Origin: Rhynchopus sp. YZ270_cl-10 | Taxonomy: Eukaryota | Assembly (NCBI GenBank): GCA_964035575.1 | Contig: OZ037838.1 | Location: forward strand, 1,054,001 to 1,118,000 | DNA: 64,000 bases | Reading direction: 5' to 3' | In this document: positions 22,937 to 35,012 of the stretch, piece after piece | How positions within the stretch are numbered: the first letter of the stretch is position 1 | How the letters are laid out: each line of letters opens with the position of its first letter | Translations under genes and position numbers: made by a program | The notes under the pieces: model-generated | What the model saw: the letters and a program-made list of their open reading frames with translations, nothing else | Database searches by the model: none | Told to the model about the DNA's origin: nothing

Positions 22937-24337
22937 CAGTGTGACACAGAATTAATGGCCGATGACGACATTTTGTAAAAATTGTTATATTATTCTAAAA
23001 AATAGGCAAAATTTGACTCATTTCATTGCATTTTCAACTGGCCGTGTATGAAAAGTGTGTGTGTGGGGAAAATATTAACATGGAAATATCCCTTTTTGGT
23101 AAAAAAGGGTGTATGTGTAAAAAAAAAAAATACAGTGTAGCAGTACAAACGAGTGGGTGCACAAAAATAAATAGAGCATGCATTAGTATTTTGTGTGCAT
23201 TCCGTTGGAATTGCGAACTGCGTCTAGGCGTCGTGGCATTGACATGATGTAACGTGCAACGAAGCTATTGTCCATCTTGGACCATTCCTTGTTGATGGCA
23301 CGTTTAAGTGCTGACACGTCTTTGGGCTCCCGTTCGTTGACTGCAGTCTGCAGCTTGGCCCACAGGTTCTCAATAGGATTGAGATCAGGGGAGTTGCCTG
23401 GCCAGTCAGCTTTAGGGAGGAACGAGAAAGGTTGGGAGGAGAGGAATGCTTGAGTAACGTTCGCAGTGTGGCAGGGTGCCCCATCCTGCTGAAACGTGTA
23501 GCTACTGTCAGGCAGGAGTTCTTTTATTTCTTTGAGCGCTTTCTGTAAGACGAGCGTACGGTACTTCTCTGCATTGATAGCACCGTCATAGAAATAGAGC
23601 TTCGTCTTACCTCTGGTGGTGATTCCTCCCCAGACGAACCTTCTGCGTAGCCTGACCTTATCAACGGTTGGGGGCGGCTCATCACCATCTGCAACCCAGA
23701 CAACATCGTTCTTCTTGCTCACCCGAGAAAAAAGCCAAAAGTCTTTTTCATCGGTGAACATCACCTTTGACCAGTCGGTGTTTCGATGCGTTTCAGCAAA
23801 CTCTATCCGGGCAGTGATGTTCTTTTCCGAGAGCTTTGGTTTGCTCTTCGTTTGAACGGGCTTCAGCCCCTTCTCCTTCAGGCACCTGCGGACACTCTCC
23901 CTCGAAATCTGTAGTCGCGACGCTACTTTCCTGCAAGACTGAAACCGCTTGCCCCGCATGTGTCTAACCACCCTATTCTTAACGGTGTCGGTGGTGGCCG
24001 ATCTCTTGCGTCCCCTCCCTGGCTTGTCCGAAAAATTCCGCTCTCCAGCGCGGTACTCCTTCACCCACCTACCCAAACTCCTCTTCGCAACGTTCAGCAA
24101 CTCCGCCACCTCATCATGGCTCTTACCGCCAACAACGACTAGCGACGCTGCCTGTAGGCGCAACCCTTCCCTCGTGGCCTCAGTGTTCACTTTACCCTTA
24201 ACCATTATATTTTTGCTTTTATTGTGTTCCTGGGCGTAAATATTTTATGTTTTGGGGGTGTTTTGAATATGTCCTTGTCAAAATTTGCCGTTTTTTTATA
24301 AAATGTCTTCATCGGCCATTAATTCTGTGTCACACTG
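22937..24337 (-). mobile_element. Complete Tc1-like transposon (DD37E)
   Basis: ~38-bp TIR CAGTGTGACACAGAATTAATGGCCGATGA(C/A)GACATTTT, TA TSD at both ends, intact transposase inside. Confidence 0.95.
23183..24205 (-). CDS. Tc1/mariner (IS630-Tc1) transposase, 340 aa
   Basis: HTH region with GRGRK linker. Catalytic motifs FTDEK, FQQDGAPCH, WPGNSPDLNPIENLW. C-terminus SMPRRL..V....G..TKY. Confidence 0.95.
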   Translation of the reverse strand: MVKGKVNTEATREGLRLQAASLVVVGGKSHDEVAELLNVAKRSLGRWVKEYRAGERNFSDKPGRGRKRSATTDTVKNRVVRHMRGKRFQSCRKVASRLQISRESVRRCLKEKGLKPVQTKSKPKLSEKNITARIEFAETHRNTDWSKVMFTDEKDFWLFSRVSKKNDVVWVADGDEPPPTVDKVRLRRRFVWGGITTRGKTKLYFYDGAINAEKYRTLVLQKALKEIKELLPDSSYTFQQDGAPCHTANVTQAFLSSQPFSFLPKADWPGNSPDLNPIENLWAKLQTAVNEREPKDVSALKRAINKEWSKMDNSFVARYIMSMPRRLDAVRNSNGMHTKY

Positions 24338-24461
24338 TATATGAATTTGTTTTTGTTCACTGTGTATTTTTCTTTCATGTGAACAGTGCACGAACACAGA
24401 ATTACAAAAAATGTATTTCTGCTCTTTGCTTTCTTTTCGTTTCGTTTAAGAAAAGAAAGTA

Positions 24462-24855
24462 CCGTAATCGTAAGATTTCTGGGGCGTAAGTATTCTGGGA
24501 TGTAAATATTCTGGGACGTAACAAAACTGGGACATTTTGGATTTTTTAAAACTTGGGACATTTTTACGTCCCAGAATATTTACGTCCCAGAATTGTCTGT
24601 GTGACCTTCCCCCCTCCCTCACCCATGCACTTCGGTGCAAACCCAAACATGTCCAACAAACAAAAAAAATATACATACTTGGGCCGGTTATGATCCCTCC
24701 GCCAACCAGCCGCACCCCACCACCCACACCCCCAAAAAATTGACAAGTACCCGGAAAACCGCCCGAACAATTCTGGGACGTAACAAAACTGGGACAATTG
24801 GGGGAAAATCTGAAACTTGGGACATTTTTACGCCCCAGAATTTTTACGATTACGG
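24462..24855. mobile_element. TA-TSD MITE (CCGTA ends, Tc1/mariner/pogo-type)
   Basis: TA|CCGTAATCGTAAGATTTCTGGGGCGTAA ... TTACGCCCCAGAATTTTTACGATTACGG|TA. Empty-site-like sequences at ~58526-58567 and ~61445-61490. Confidence 0.85.
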
Positions 24856-25461
24856 TATATGAAACAATGCTTTGTAAAGTGATAAAACTCCCATCTCATC
24901 TCATCTCTCTCTCCCTAGATCAAAAAAGGTGACGAGAGGCTTAAGTTCATCAGATCTATTTTTTTGATAAAACTTGAAAAAACAATTTATTGCCAATTCT
25001 AAAAAAAAAAAAAAAATGGAGACAGCGCTGCTGGGCAAACAAAAATATACGGATTGAAAAAAGACAGAAGCTTTGTTTCTTTGAGTACTCAATCAACAAC
25101 AACCTTTCAGTTTAACACATTTTTTTTTATCTTTTTGTTTTTCAGATTTGAGCGCAAACAAAAAAATCCATTTTTTTTGTCATTACTAGAACAGCAAACA
25201 CAGCCTCTCACGCGTGGATACCAATGAAGTGCAACGTTTTCTTTTTGTTTTGATTTGTTTTGCTTTTATAGATAGACAATAAACTCCCCCCTTTCCTCTC
25301 CCCCACACCCGATGATAACAGTCCCAGGCTGCCAACTTTTTTTTGGCGACTTTGAACTTTGTAAGAAAACAAAGAAGAAATGGCTAAGGCTGTCTCTGAT
25401 TTTATTGTGTCACCTCATGAAATGAAGGAGGAAATAGAAACAAAGCATTTTGAACACACTA

Positions 25462-26137
25462 CAGTACGGCGCCATATTACGGTGGCGCAATATTACGGGT
25501 GCGCGATATTACGGGGCGCATAATTATGGGTAAAAAATGGATTTACCCATAATTATGCACGCCCGTAGTGAAACTTTTTTTTTTAGAAAAATTGTTGGAA
25601 TGGTAGTTGCCACCTGTGCAAGCTCCACTGTGCGTCGTAAAAACCTCGAAAATATTGCGCGTCGTGGCGAACATTTCAACAATTGTGACATAAAAAGCAG
25701 GAGGCAACACGATTAGGTGAAGTCATCAATGTTACATCGACGAGGAAAGCCCCCCAGTTGCACTTCCTATGGCAGTGTGGCAGATCTCTTGCCCCAGCAC
25801 CGTGAATCCTTCGTGTGCCATCCGCCTTCACCATCAGGACGTCTGCTGAGAAGGAAGAGAAGGCGAATCGGAAGCTTCTGCTGAGGGAGGAAATTGCCAG
25901 TTTGCTGTCCTTGGAGGGTGGGCAAGCCACGAAGAGGCGGCGGTGTAGGAGTTGCGGTGGCAGAGGAGACAAGGTGGCAGAGTGACATGTGTGAGGTCAT
26001 CCACAATGGATTGTGAAGAAAGTTTTTTTGAAAAAAAAAAGTTTTATTACGGGTGCGCAATATTACGGGGCGCATAATTATGGGTAAATATTGGAGTTAC
26101 CCATAATTATGCGCCCCCGTAATATGGCGCCGCACTG
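25462..26137. mobile_element. TA-TSD non-autonomous element (CAGT ends), possible transposase relic inside
   Basis: TA|CAGTACGGCGCCATATTACGG ... CCGTAATATGGCGCCGCACTG|TA. GC-rich core with a KRRRCRSCGGRG knuckle-like remnant. A truncated relative lies at ~51927-52045. Confidence 0.8.
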
Positions 26138-26439
26138 TAGCGGTTCTAGGGACGAACCGCGTTGCAGAGCCACTCCTCACCAAACAGGTCGAGGTGTGTG
26201 CGTTTCACCACAACCTCCCCCATGGGTTTTATCGTGTGATGAGTGTTAAGTTTCTATTTCAATTCGTTTGTTTTGTTTGATAAATTGTTGGAGTAGTGTA
26301 GTTGCCTCCATTGTGTTTTTGTTCTTTTTTTTTCAACAAAACAAAAAGTTCAGAGGTGACTAGGCAAGAGACAGGCTTGCATCATCTAATCATTTTTAAA
26401 TATTTTTTGAACGGGCTTTCTGCGAATCACTATTTCCTT

Positions 26440-27119
26440 CACCATGGACTCGTAATGACATTACGTGACGAGGGACGAGGGAAATTACGTGGGAAATTAC
26501 GCGCGCAATGACGTCGTCACGACGCGGGCACCCCCTCGTAATGACGACGTCATGACGTGGGGTTTCCCTCGTCACGACGACGGCATTACGACGTCATGAC
26601 GAGGGGGTGCCCTCGTAATTACGAGGGCACCCCTCGTAATTACGAGGGGTGCTCCCGTGGTCATTGTCTGGCTATTGCCTCCCAGGGAAAGGGACTCTCG
26701 AATTTTTTTTTTGGCCCCTATATAGGGCTAATTTCGACGATTTGAGGCCATTAAAAGCAAAATTTGGCACTTTTAAGCATCTGTGGGGGTCTAATGGCCG
26801 TATTTTGGCTGAAATTTGACTTGACAATTTTTTTCACCATTTGGTCAATCTGAGGTTTTCTTTGGATTTTTTGGGCCACTTTATGACCTACCACGCCCGA
26901 TTTTTGAAAAAAAAAATTTTTTTTGTATTGGTCAAAAATCGCCTTGTCGTGGGTGCCCACGTCATGACGACGTCGTGACGTGGTAATTACGAGGGGGTGC
27001 CCTCGTAATTACCTCGTCATGACGAGGGCACCCCCTCGTAATTACGAGGGGGTGCCCTCGTCAAGGCACTCGTAATTACCTCGTCATGACGCGCGTAATG
27101 TCATTACGAGTCCATGGTG
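26440..27119. mobile_element. MITE with CAC...GTG ends, apparent 2-bp TSD (CMC/EnSpm-like)
   Basis: 26-bp TIR CACCATGGACTCGTAATGACATTACG, TT on both sides. Subterminal CTCGTAATTACGAG / GTCATGAC repeats. Confidence 0.8.
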
Positions 27120-27457
27120 TTCTAATTTAGTGCAACAGATGCCCAATAATGTAGGCCCCCTCTTCCCCCTGCACCCTGCACCCATCACCCCCCTCACTTT
27201 CCCCCAATAGATCGGTTGAAGTAAAAAAATGATGTTTTTTTTGGTTTTTTTTTTTTGGGCAGAGGACCCTCACCGGACCCTACATCACTTCATATTCCTG
27301 CAATGAATCTTGGTTCATCTGATGAGTGGAAGCGGGAGTAGCACATATCAGATGTAAACCACGAAAATTGGATGTAGGAATGGACTGCTTGGGTGTCCAC
27401 CTCCCCGGGTACAGCCGGTCATTGTACCAAATGTTGTATTTCAAGCCAACTTTTTAT

Positions 27458-27560
27458 AACAACAAACTTGTAGAAGCCAGCGCAGCTGAAGCTGTGCGAT
27501 AACGAATATGATAAGGTGACTAAGCACGAGAGGCTTAGGGTCATCTTATAAACTTTTCTT
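27458..27560 (+). repeat. Sense-oriented dispersed hairpin repeat, reference copy
   Basis: AAGGTGACTAAGCACGAGAGGCTTAGGGTCATCTTATAAACTTTT. Variants at ~17363, 21351, 27783, 31089, 52655, 58247, 58927 and 59503. Confidence 0.8.
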
Positions 27561-27831
27561 TTGTTCCATCTTGCGAAATATTTGACACCCCTACCCACAC
27601 CACACATCATTACCCCTCCCTTCAGACCGGCGGGGGACCCTATATTGCATAACAACAAGCAAACAAAACCAAACTCATTTCCCCCTCTTTTTCTTCCATA
27701 CACACAAAAATCATCTAGCTTCCCAAAAAGAAAACATTATCTAATGGGTGTCTGCGCATTCTGAGCTATTTATTATTGTTTCAAGGTGACTGGGCACGGC
27801 TTAGGATCATCTTACATACCTTCTTCAAAGG

Positions 27832-29229
27832 ATGACACATCGGTTGTATATTAATCAAAGCCCGCCACCGCAACAGCTCTGGACGTGCACTCCTCCGCCA
27901 CAGCTTCACTCTTCTCCTTCTTTCGATCCTTTCGTTCAGTCTGGGACCGCACCACCATCGCTAGATGCAACCCGACCTACCTCTTTGCTTGATGTACCGA
28001 GAGAGGTGTTAGAGTTGGTAGCCTTGTTCTTATCAAATGCATACCAAGTAGGTGTGGTGCACGAACTGTCAAACTTTCAGAGGGTCTGTCGAAGGACCTT
28101 CGAGGTGACCACGGTAGAGCGTTGGCTTACGGTGTGGGAGGCGACATATAAAGACCAGCTGACAGATGCATCGCAACGGTTTTCTGTTGCGCTTGCTTCT
28201 TCTGCACCGCATTTGTCTCTCGCCTCTGCAGAGTCGATGCGAAAGGCGTTCATAAAGCAGGTCGTGACGTCTACTGTTGCGTACCATCTTGAGTTGGGTC
28301 TCCTCCCTCCTGCTCCTCCTTCTTGGTGTAGCTCCAGTCTAGCGGTGGAGAAGACGCTGTGTGATACTCTGAGATTCTGCGTCTTCCAAGTCCGCACCGC
28401 GCAGCTTGAGCTTCAATGTACCCGAGGTAAGGTTCCGGTGATAGAATCCGCCGCAGTGCTCACGTCGCTCATCCACATCGTCATCGGGGTGTTGCGATAC
28501 CTCTCGATCCCGGACCCGCCTTTGGTTATAACCACGCCGCCGATGTGCTGCATTTGTGCGACCTGGATGCTTTATTTGATGGCCTACGGGTTGTATCGTG
28601 TCATGCGTGCAACGATTCGTAAGATTCCCGACGAAGCTGCAGCACTCTGGCAACTAGGAGGGTCCGAGGTGAGTCTCTCGAAGAGGGGGGTGCGCGGGTG
28701 GGTGTACGGTGGGGTGGATGTGTTCCAGAGGTTGTCGGGGGATAAGCGGTTTGTGGGTGCGCTGGCGTGGACGTGCTGTTTGTTGTTGTCGGTCGCGTTG
28801 TGGGTGATCGAGGTGAGTCGTGGGGAGCGTGCTACGACTGAGCGGATTCTGCTGAATGTGTTTGCCCCCCCGACCTTCGCAGCGTCGTTAGTGGCGTGGC
28901 AGCGTTCGGGGAAGAAGCTTGGGCTTGTCGCGGGTGGGGTGGTGGGCTCGCTGATTACCTGTATCATCGTGCTCCCATGGCTCCTCTTTCTGGGGCTAGG
29001 CATGTGGTCGCTCACGGCGCTGCTCCGTATCCACCGTGTTTCATATCGTGCACCCAGGTCCTATTCCCCCGCCCACTGGAAGCTAGGTGTTCTCCTGGGT
29101 AACACCGTGATTCTGTCAATCTGTGTGATGAGTGCGAGCTGGTTCGTCTCGCTCGCGTTGTTCCTGAAGACGCTGTTGCTTGCCCTGGTTGTGCTGTCCT
29201 GTTGGGTATGCGGGGGTGGGGTATCATAA
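27832..29229 (+). CDS. F-box-like motif + multipass membrane protein, 465 aa
   Basis: SLLDVPREVLELVALFLS...FQRVCRRTFEV resembles the F-box consensus. Several long hydrophobic segments in the C-terminal half. GC-rich ORF within AT-rich flanks. Confidence 0.7.
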   Translation: MTHRLYINQSPPPQQLWTCTPPPQLHSSPSFDPFVQSGTAPPSLDATRPTSLLDVPREVLELVALFLSNAYQVGVVHELSNFQRVCRRTFEVTTVERWLTVWEATYKDQLTDASQRFSVALASSAPHLSLASAESMRKAFIKQVVTSTVAYHLELGLLPPAPPSWCSSSLAVEKTLCDTLRFCVFQVRTAQLELQCTRGKVPVIESAAVLTSLIHIVIGVLRYLSIPDPPLVITTPPMCCICATWMLYLMAYGLYRVMRATIRKIPDEAAALWQLGGSEVSLSKRGVRGWVYGGVDVFQRLSGDKRFVGALAWTCCLLLSVALWVIEVSRGERATTERILLNVFAPPTFAASLVAWQRSGKKLGLVAGGVVGSLITCIIVLPWLLFLGLGMWSLTALLRIHRVSYRAPRSYSPAHWKLGVLLGNTVILSICVMSASWFVSLALFLKTLLLALVVLSCWVCGGGVS

Positions 29230-29725
29230 AGGGGTGGTCATTGAAAGTTCTCAAATTCAGGACGACTGACGTCTATTTTTAAAAACCAGAGAGAGTTGGA
29301 AATGGTGAAGTAATCGTTCTTTTGAATGTGTGAAGTTTTAGGGCAGTGCCTGCGTCCCAGAAGCGTTTGCACAATCAACGTCATTTTAGGTTTGGTAAAA
29401 ATTGACGGACATTGATCGATGAGATCGAAGGTCTCCCCTGTATCAATTACTTTACAATATTACGCTAAAGTGGTCCATATTTTTTCAAAAAAAGACGGTA
29501 TATGAAATAATATGACATTTTCTCTATTTTGCAGATCGCAGTGACTATTTTTGTCCCCCTGCTGACACGATGTAAAAGCCTAGGTGTCCCGCTTCCGATC
29601 AACTATGTCCTTGTCCAGGTATGTGCCGAACAGAGTTTCTGACATGAATATTTTTTTCCAGCGCATGCGTCCGACGATGAACGGTGAGGCGTTCGCACTT
29701 TCAACTTCTCTTTTTTTTTTTTTAA

Positions 29726-31085
29726 CCCTTTAGCCCCCAGCTGGACATATATGTCCAAGCAAATCCCAACGAGCAATGGGAAAAGTTCTACTCATTTTCG
29801 TAAAAATATTTTTTATATTTTGAAAGATTTTGCGCCGATCTTTCAAAAGAAGCAAGAATCAAAAAGTTTTGTGCATCGGGTATATCTTTGGATGCTGGAG
29901 GGAAGGCGGGACTGCCACAGAAAATCATGTTTTTTGACCAACACCCCCTGAAATATCCCTCCTAATACCACTAGGCTATTAATGGAGTTCTACTCATTTT
30001 CAGAAAAACATTTTTTTATATTTTGAAAGATTTTTCACCGATCTTTCAAAATACGCCATCTAAGAACACTTTTATGCATCTGGGTTTTCCTTGGATGCCG
30101 GGGAGCGTGAAAAAGTACGGGAAAAAGTCACTTTTCCAGAGCCTCCATGTGATCAAAAATTTTCTACTCGTTTTCGTGGAAACACTTTTTTTGTGTGGAA
30201 AGATTTCGTTCGCATCTTTCAAAATACGCAAAAATCGAAAACTTTTATGCATCTGTGATATCCTCGGATTTTGGTGAGATTTTACCACCAAAATCATGAT
30301 TTTTAACGTTGCTAAGGTCGCAAGGCTAGTAGGGTTGATAAGTAGGGTTCTACTCATTTTCGTGAAAAGATTTTTACATTTTTGGAAAGATTTGATGTCA
30401 AATCTGTCAAAAGAAGCAAGAATCGAAAACTTTTGTGCATCTGAGTGCACTTTGGAAGTCCGTGAGAACCACCACCAAAATCACTGTTTTTTCTGCCTTA
30501 TTCCCACCCAGAACACACTATAAGCCGGGTTTTCACTATTTTTTCGTATTTTAGAGTGCTTTTTTTGTGAATTTTCGGCACACAGGGTCGTTCTGACCCG
30601 TTCTGGGGGTGTTTCGGACCTGTAGATGCCAAAAAACGTGAAAAAAATCGCATTTTTACGTGTGTAATGGTGTTTCAGTGTAAATCGTTAGGGAAATCGA
30701 TTTTTAGACATGCTGCTAACAGAGCTACACTCATCTAAGTTGGGTTCTACTTGGACTTTTTGCTCGATTTTTTTTTCTTTGGAAAGATTTTGTGGCGAAT
30801 CTTTCAAATAAAGCAGTTTTTGGGCGGCAATAATTTACTAGGGTTGTCTCGGCAGGTAGAGAGAGTAAAAAATCAAAAGGTCAATTTTATGCTCACCTCA
30901 TTTTGGGGATAACATTTTTTTTCGAAAAAAAACTTTAAAAAATGGAATTGAAAGCCGTGTTCAAAATCTTTCAATTGCGGCCAGGTACGATCAAAAATTT
31001 GCATCTGGGGTCCCCTTACCGGTTGGAGAGCCCCAAAAACCAAAACTCAAAAGTGGGTCGAAAATCTGGCCTGGGGGCTAAAGGG
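29726..31085. mobile_element. Non-autonomous piggyBac-like element
   Basis: TTAA|CCCTTTAGCCCCCAG ... CTGGGGGCTAAAGGG|TTAA. No ORF. Confidence 0.9.
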
Positions 31086-32194
31086 TTAAAGGTGACTGAG
31101 CACGAGAGGCTTAGGGTCATCTTATAAACTTTTCTTTTTTTTCCTTGCGAATAATTCTTCACGTGGCATTCACAAGATCTTACCTCAGATATGGAAGAAT
31201 AACCCCGAGCTTTGCTAAGATATTGGTGGTGGGATAAATCGCCTCTTAACTAACCAACGACTCACAATCCACTCTTCTCTCCAACAGGGGCTGATATGCG
31301 TAGCCCTGCTGCTGCACGGATGAAGCAGATGAACTCTTTCGCTTCTCTTATTGAACACAATGCCATTTTTTATTTTTTTATTTTCAATGCACAGTGTGAA
31401 GCTCTAATATCTCAATACTCAAACGAACGCTCAACTTGCATTTTTTTTTTTATTGTATCAAGCATTGACGAATAGAAATGGAAAACGACGGATGCGTGCG
31501 CCTTAGCGTTTTTGTTTTCCACTAACATATCCTGTCGTTTTCTATTTTGAAGGTAGGAGGGTGAGTGTGACCTTCTACAAGATCACTCTCCCCCTCTCCC
31601 CTAAATATGCTTTCTTATTCTCGGTGGAATGGAAACGTATGTTGGTAAGGCAACCTATCTTATGCCTGAAAAAATTTGTTGGAAACATTCCACGTTTGTC
31701 GGACTATTTGGAAGCTATTTTTTCTTCGCTTCAAAGTAAACATAAAAGACATAAAGAAACCTAACGTAGCACCGGCGTAGTCGTACCCCCTTTCTTTTCG
31801 ACCATATCTTTCCTTCTCTGCATCCAATGAACGGTGAGGCATTTGCACACTTTCAACTTCTCTTTCCTTCTCCCCAAGACCCTTCAGTCCACGTACGCTG
31901 TTCTCCTCACTTCGCTTGGTGGGGAGGTTGGTACAGAAAGACAGTAGTACCAGAGATCACCTTTCGACAAGTATTTGCACGTCAGATGGCGATGGTATAG
32001 AGTGGGGTAGTATGCGGAGGGCGTGTGGGTTTTAACTATTGTGCAAAACATACGGCATAAAAGGAAAGATGGGAACACTTTTGTTGATCCCAACACCTGT
32101 GCTATCAATTTGTTGATTGCGTATGTTGAAACACCATTGTGGTTTTGGTTACGTGGTGTTCCTTCAATATCTCAATAGGTGCCTCAATAAAACA

Positions 32195-33368
32195 ATGGAT
32201 GTGACCTTTGTGCTGGAAGAGTCAGGCGTGACTGCGACAGTGGAGGTGCCGTGCGAGGCGGACGTTGCAGCGGCAAAGGAGGTTGCGTGCACGGCGCTTG
32301 CTGTCTCGCCTGCGTCTGTCGAGATGCGCATCGGCACGCAGGTGCTGGAGGGGACGTGCCGTCTGCAGGACACTGCGTTTGATGCAGGGGTGCAGGTTGT
32401 GCTTGCCCGCCCTCGCTTGGCCGACATCAAGTGTCCTGCTCAGTACAGTGTGTGCGACAATGCAACGAGGTGGATGAGCTACTTGTCACTCTCGCGTTGT
32501 GGAACGCTCTGCGTCTATCGTGACCGGTGTGGGTACGTTGGCGGTTTTGACACAGAAACCTTCGACACTGTCTTCTCGTTCAAAGTGGACAATGAAGTGC
32601 GCGGTCCGCCTGCCATCTCGCAGTGCAAGACACGCTGTTATCTGTCGTGTGGGGATTGCTCTCTCGAGGTTGCGCTTCCAGCCGGGGAGGTGCTCCGCAA
32701 AGTCGACATCTCGGTTTCATTACAGACGCATGGCAATGTCGTTGTCTCTTGCTCTGAAGACAGCGTCTCTATATATGGCGAAGACCTGACGTTGCTCCGC
32801 TCTCTCTTGCACGAAGAGCGTAAGGGTGTGGCAGTATCGGACTGTGGTGGGTGGGTGATCACCTCCAGTGAGGACGACGTACTTCTGTGGGATGTGAACA
32901 CAGGTGAAGCTGTGGTATGTATGCCGATCGAGGGGGAGGAGAGATGTTGGGCGGTGGCTCTTTCACGGTCTGCCTCTGTCTTTGCTGTGGCGGGCTGGGT
33001 GGAGGGGGAGGACGACACCACTGAGGAAAAGATCGTGCAGCTATGATTGGAGTGGTGCGGCTCTTCGCAGTGTTGATGTGGGTGGGGTTGTCTATGGCAT
33101 GGAGTTCACCCCGTGTGGGAAGTACCTTGTGGTGAGGGTGGTTGTTGCGGAATTTATGGATGATGAAGACACCTATGATCCTGATGGCTATTACTATGAG
33201 CACAATGCATACCTGCGCCAGTATGATGTAGCGACCATGTCCTGTGTGCGTGAGATGCCGCAAAAAACCGAGGATGGTGCATTTACGATATCGCCGTGTT
33301 CACGTGTTGTTGTGGTCACGCAATCAGATGGCGTCATTGTGACCCGTACTCTGGTTAGCAATGTGTGA
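32195..33368 (+). pseudogene. Ubl + beta-propeller, copy 7, frameshifted
   Basis: Family ATG at 32195. gtgcagctatgattgg at ~33036-51 lacks 2 nt relative to the family gtgcagctctatgattgg. The remainder continues in ORF 32904-33368. Confidence 0.8.
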
Positions 33369-33451
33369 GGCGGTGGTAGGGAAGTGGATGAGAGGAAGAA
33401 TGGTGATCAATATATCCCAGGGTCCCAGCTACCCACGTCATACGCTGTGTG

Positions 33452-34249
33452 TTTTCAACTTACCTTCCTTCACCCCCCTGTAAGGGCAACCGTAGGTGAA
33501 GTAAGGTATAGTATTGAAATCGATGTGGGGGGGGAGTAAAGGGTCAATTTTACAAAACCAGATTTTGAGGAAAATTTTAGCCGAAAATGGGCCCCACGTA
33601 TAAGCAACCGGGCTCATATTTCTCAAAATTTAAGTGGTCAAAAAATTGTCCAATTTTCGAGATTGACCCCACCACTGCACGGGCGGAGCCCAAAAATGCA
33701 AATAAGGACCCTTTTTAATTTTCAACTTACCTTCCTTCACCCCCCTGTAAGGGCAACCGTAGGTGAAGTAAGGTATAGTATTGAAATCGATGTGGGGGGG
33801 GGAGTAAAGGGTCAATTTTACAAAACCAGATTTTGAGGAAAATTTTAGCCGAAAATGGGCCCCACGTATAAGCAACCGGGCTCATATTTCTCAAAATTTA
33901 AGTGGTCAAAAAATTGTCCAATTTTCGAGATTGACCCCACCACTGCACGGGCGGAGCCCAAAAATGCAAATAAGGACCCTTTTCAACTTACCTTCCTTCA
34001 CCCCCCTGTAAGGGCAACCGTAGGTGAAGTAAGGTATAGTATTGAAATCGATGTGGGGGGGGAGTAAAGGGTCAATTTTACAAAACCAGATTTTGAGGAA
34101 AATTTTAGCCGAAAATGGGCCCCACGTATAAGCAACCGGGCTCATATTTCTCAAAATTTAAGTGGTCAAAAAATTGTCCAATTTTCGAGATTGACCCCAC
34201 CACTGCACGGGCGGAGCCCAAAAATGCAAATAAGGACCCTTTTTAATTT
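33452..34249. repeat. Three head-to-tail copies of a ~265-bp unit
   Basis: Unit starts (ttttcaacttaccttcc) at ~33452, ~33719 and ~33980. Near-identical copies. Confidence 0.92.
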
Positions 34250-35012
34250 GTTCTCTTGAAATGTGTAATTTCATGTTTTCGCGAAAAAAATAACAACTGA
34301 TCCTACAAGGGTTGAAAACAACAATAACAACAAGGACAAGTAATTGCTAAGAAAAAACGGGGTGTGCTGTGGAAAACTCCGCGCGATTTTCAAAACCACC
34401 GTAGCATCCTGGCGATTTGCTGGAGGTGCTGATGCTCCTGGTGTGATCGATGTGTTGTAGTCTGTGCATTCTGTGTTCCTTCCACACTGCTCCAACGACG
34501 ACGACAATGTGGGGAGCCTGTGGACAAAAACGAGCTGGACCACGCCGAGCCTGCCGAGCCGACGTCCAACAACGCTCTCGAGCGGATGGTGCTGGACGAA
34601 GAGGACAGCCCCCCTTCTTGAACGTTTCAGATGCTGGCGTCCCAGTGGGTCTGGCAGCGTACGAAGAGCGTTAGGATACCTGCAGAAGAGCAGAATGCTG
34701 GGCGTGTTGTAGATTATTTCTACAGGATGGAGTTCCACATCACACCCCGTTTTTTTTCCGATAGCAATTACTTGTTTTTTTATATTTTTATTCTTCACAC
34801 CCACGTCCCACCCTTTGCATGAGCTCGACTAAGATGTGTTTTAGCACGTTTCAACTACTCTTTTCTTGAAAACGTCCAGAAATGGATGTCAAAGAGGAGA
34901 AAAACTCTTAGCCTGAAGTACATAAATGAGGTGAGTGCACAACAGAACGGGAATAAACAAAAACTCTCAGACGTTTGAATCATTTCCCACCACAAAGTAT
35001 TTGTCCTATTAA

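Noticed and set aside
31247..31270. AACCAACGA resembling the start of a euglenozoan spliced leader
   Set aside because: Only ~9 nt match, and the rest of a spliced-leader exon and its GT donor are absent.
33452..34249. CRISPR-like array
   Set aside because: Units are whole near-identical ~265-bp tandem copies with no unique spacers, and there are no cas genes.
34271..34804. 177-aa minus-strand ORF over a GC-richer patch
   Set aside because: Non-ATG start, no recognisable motif, against the gene orientation. Possibly a decayed relic but unsupported.
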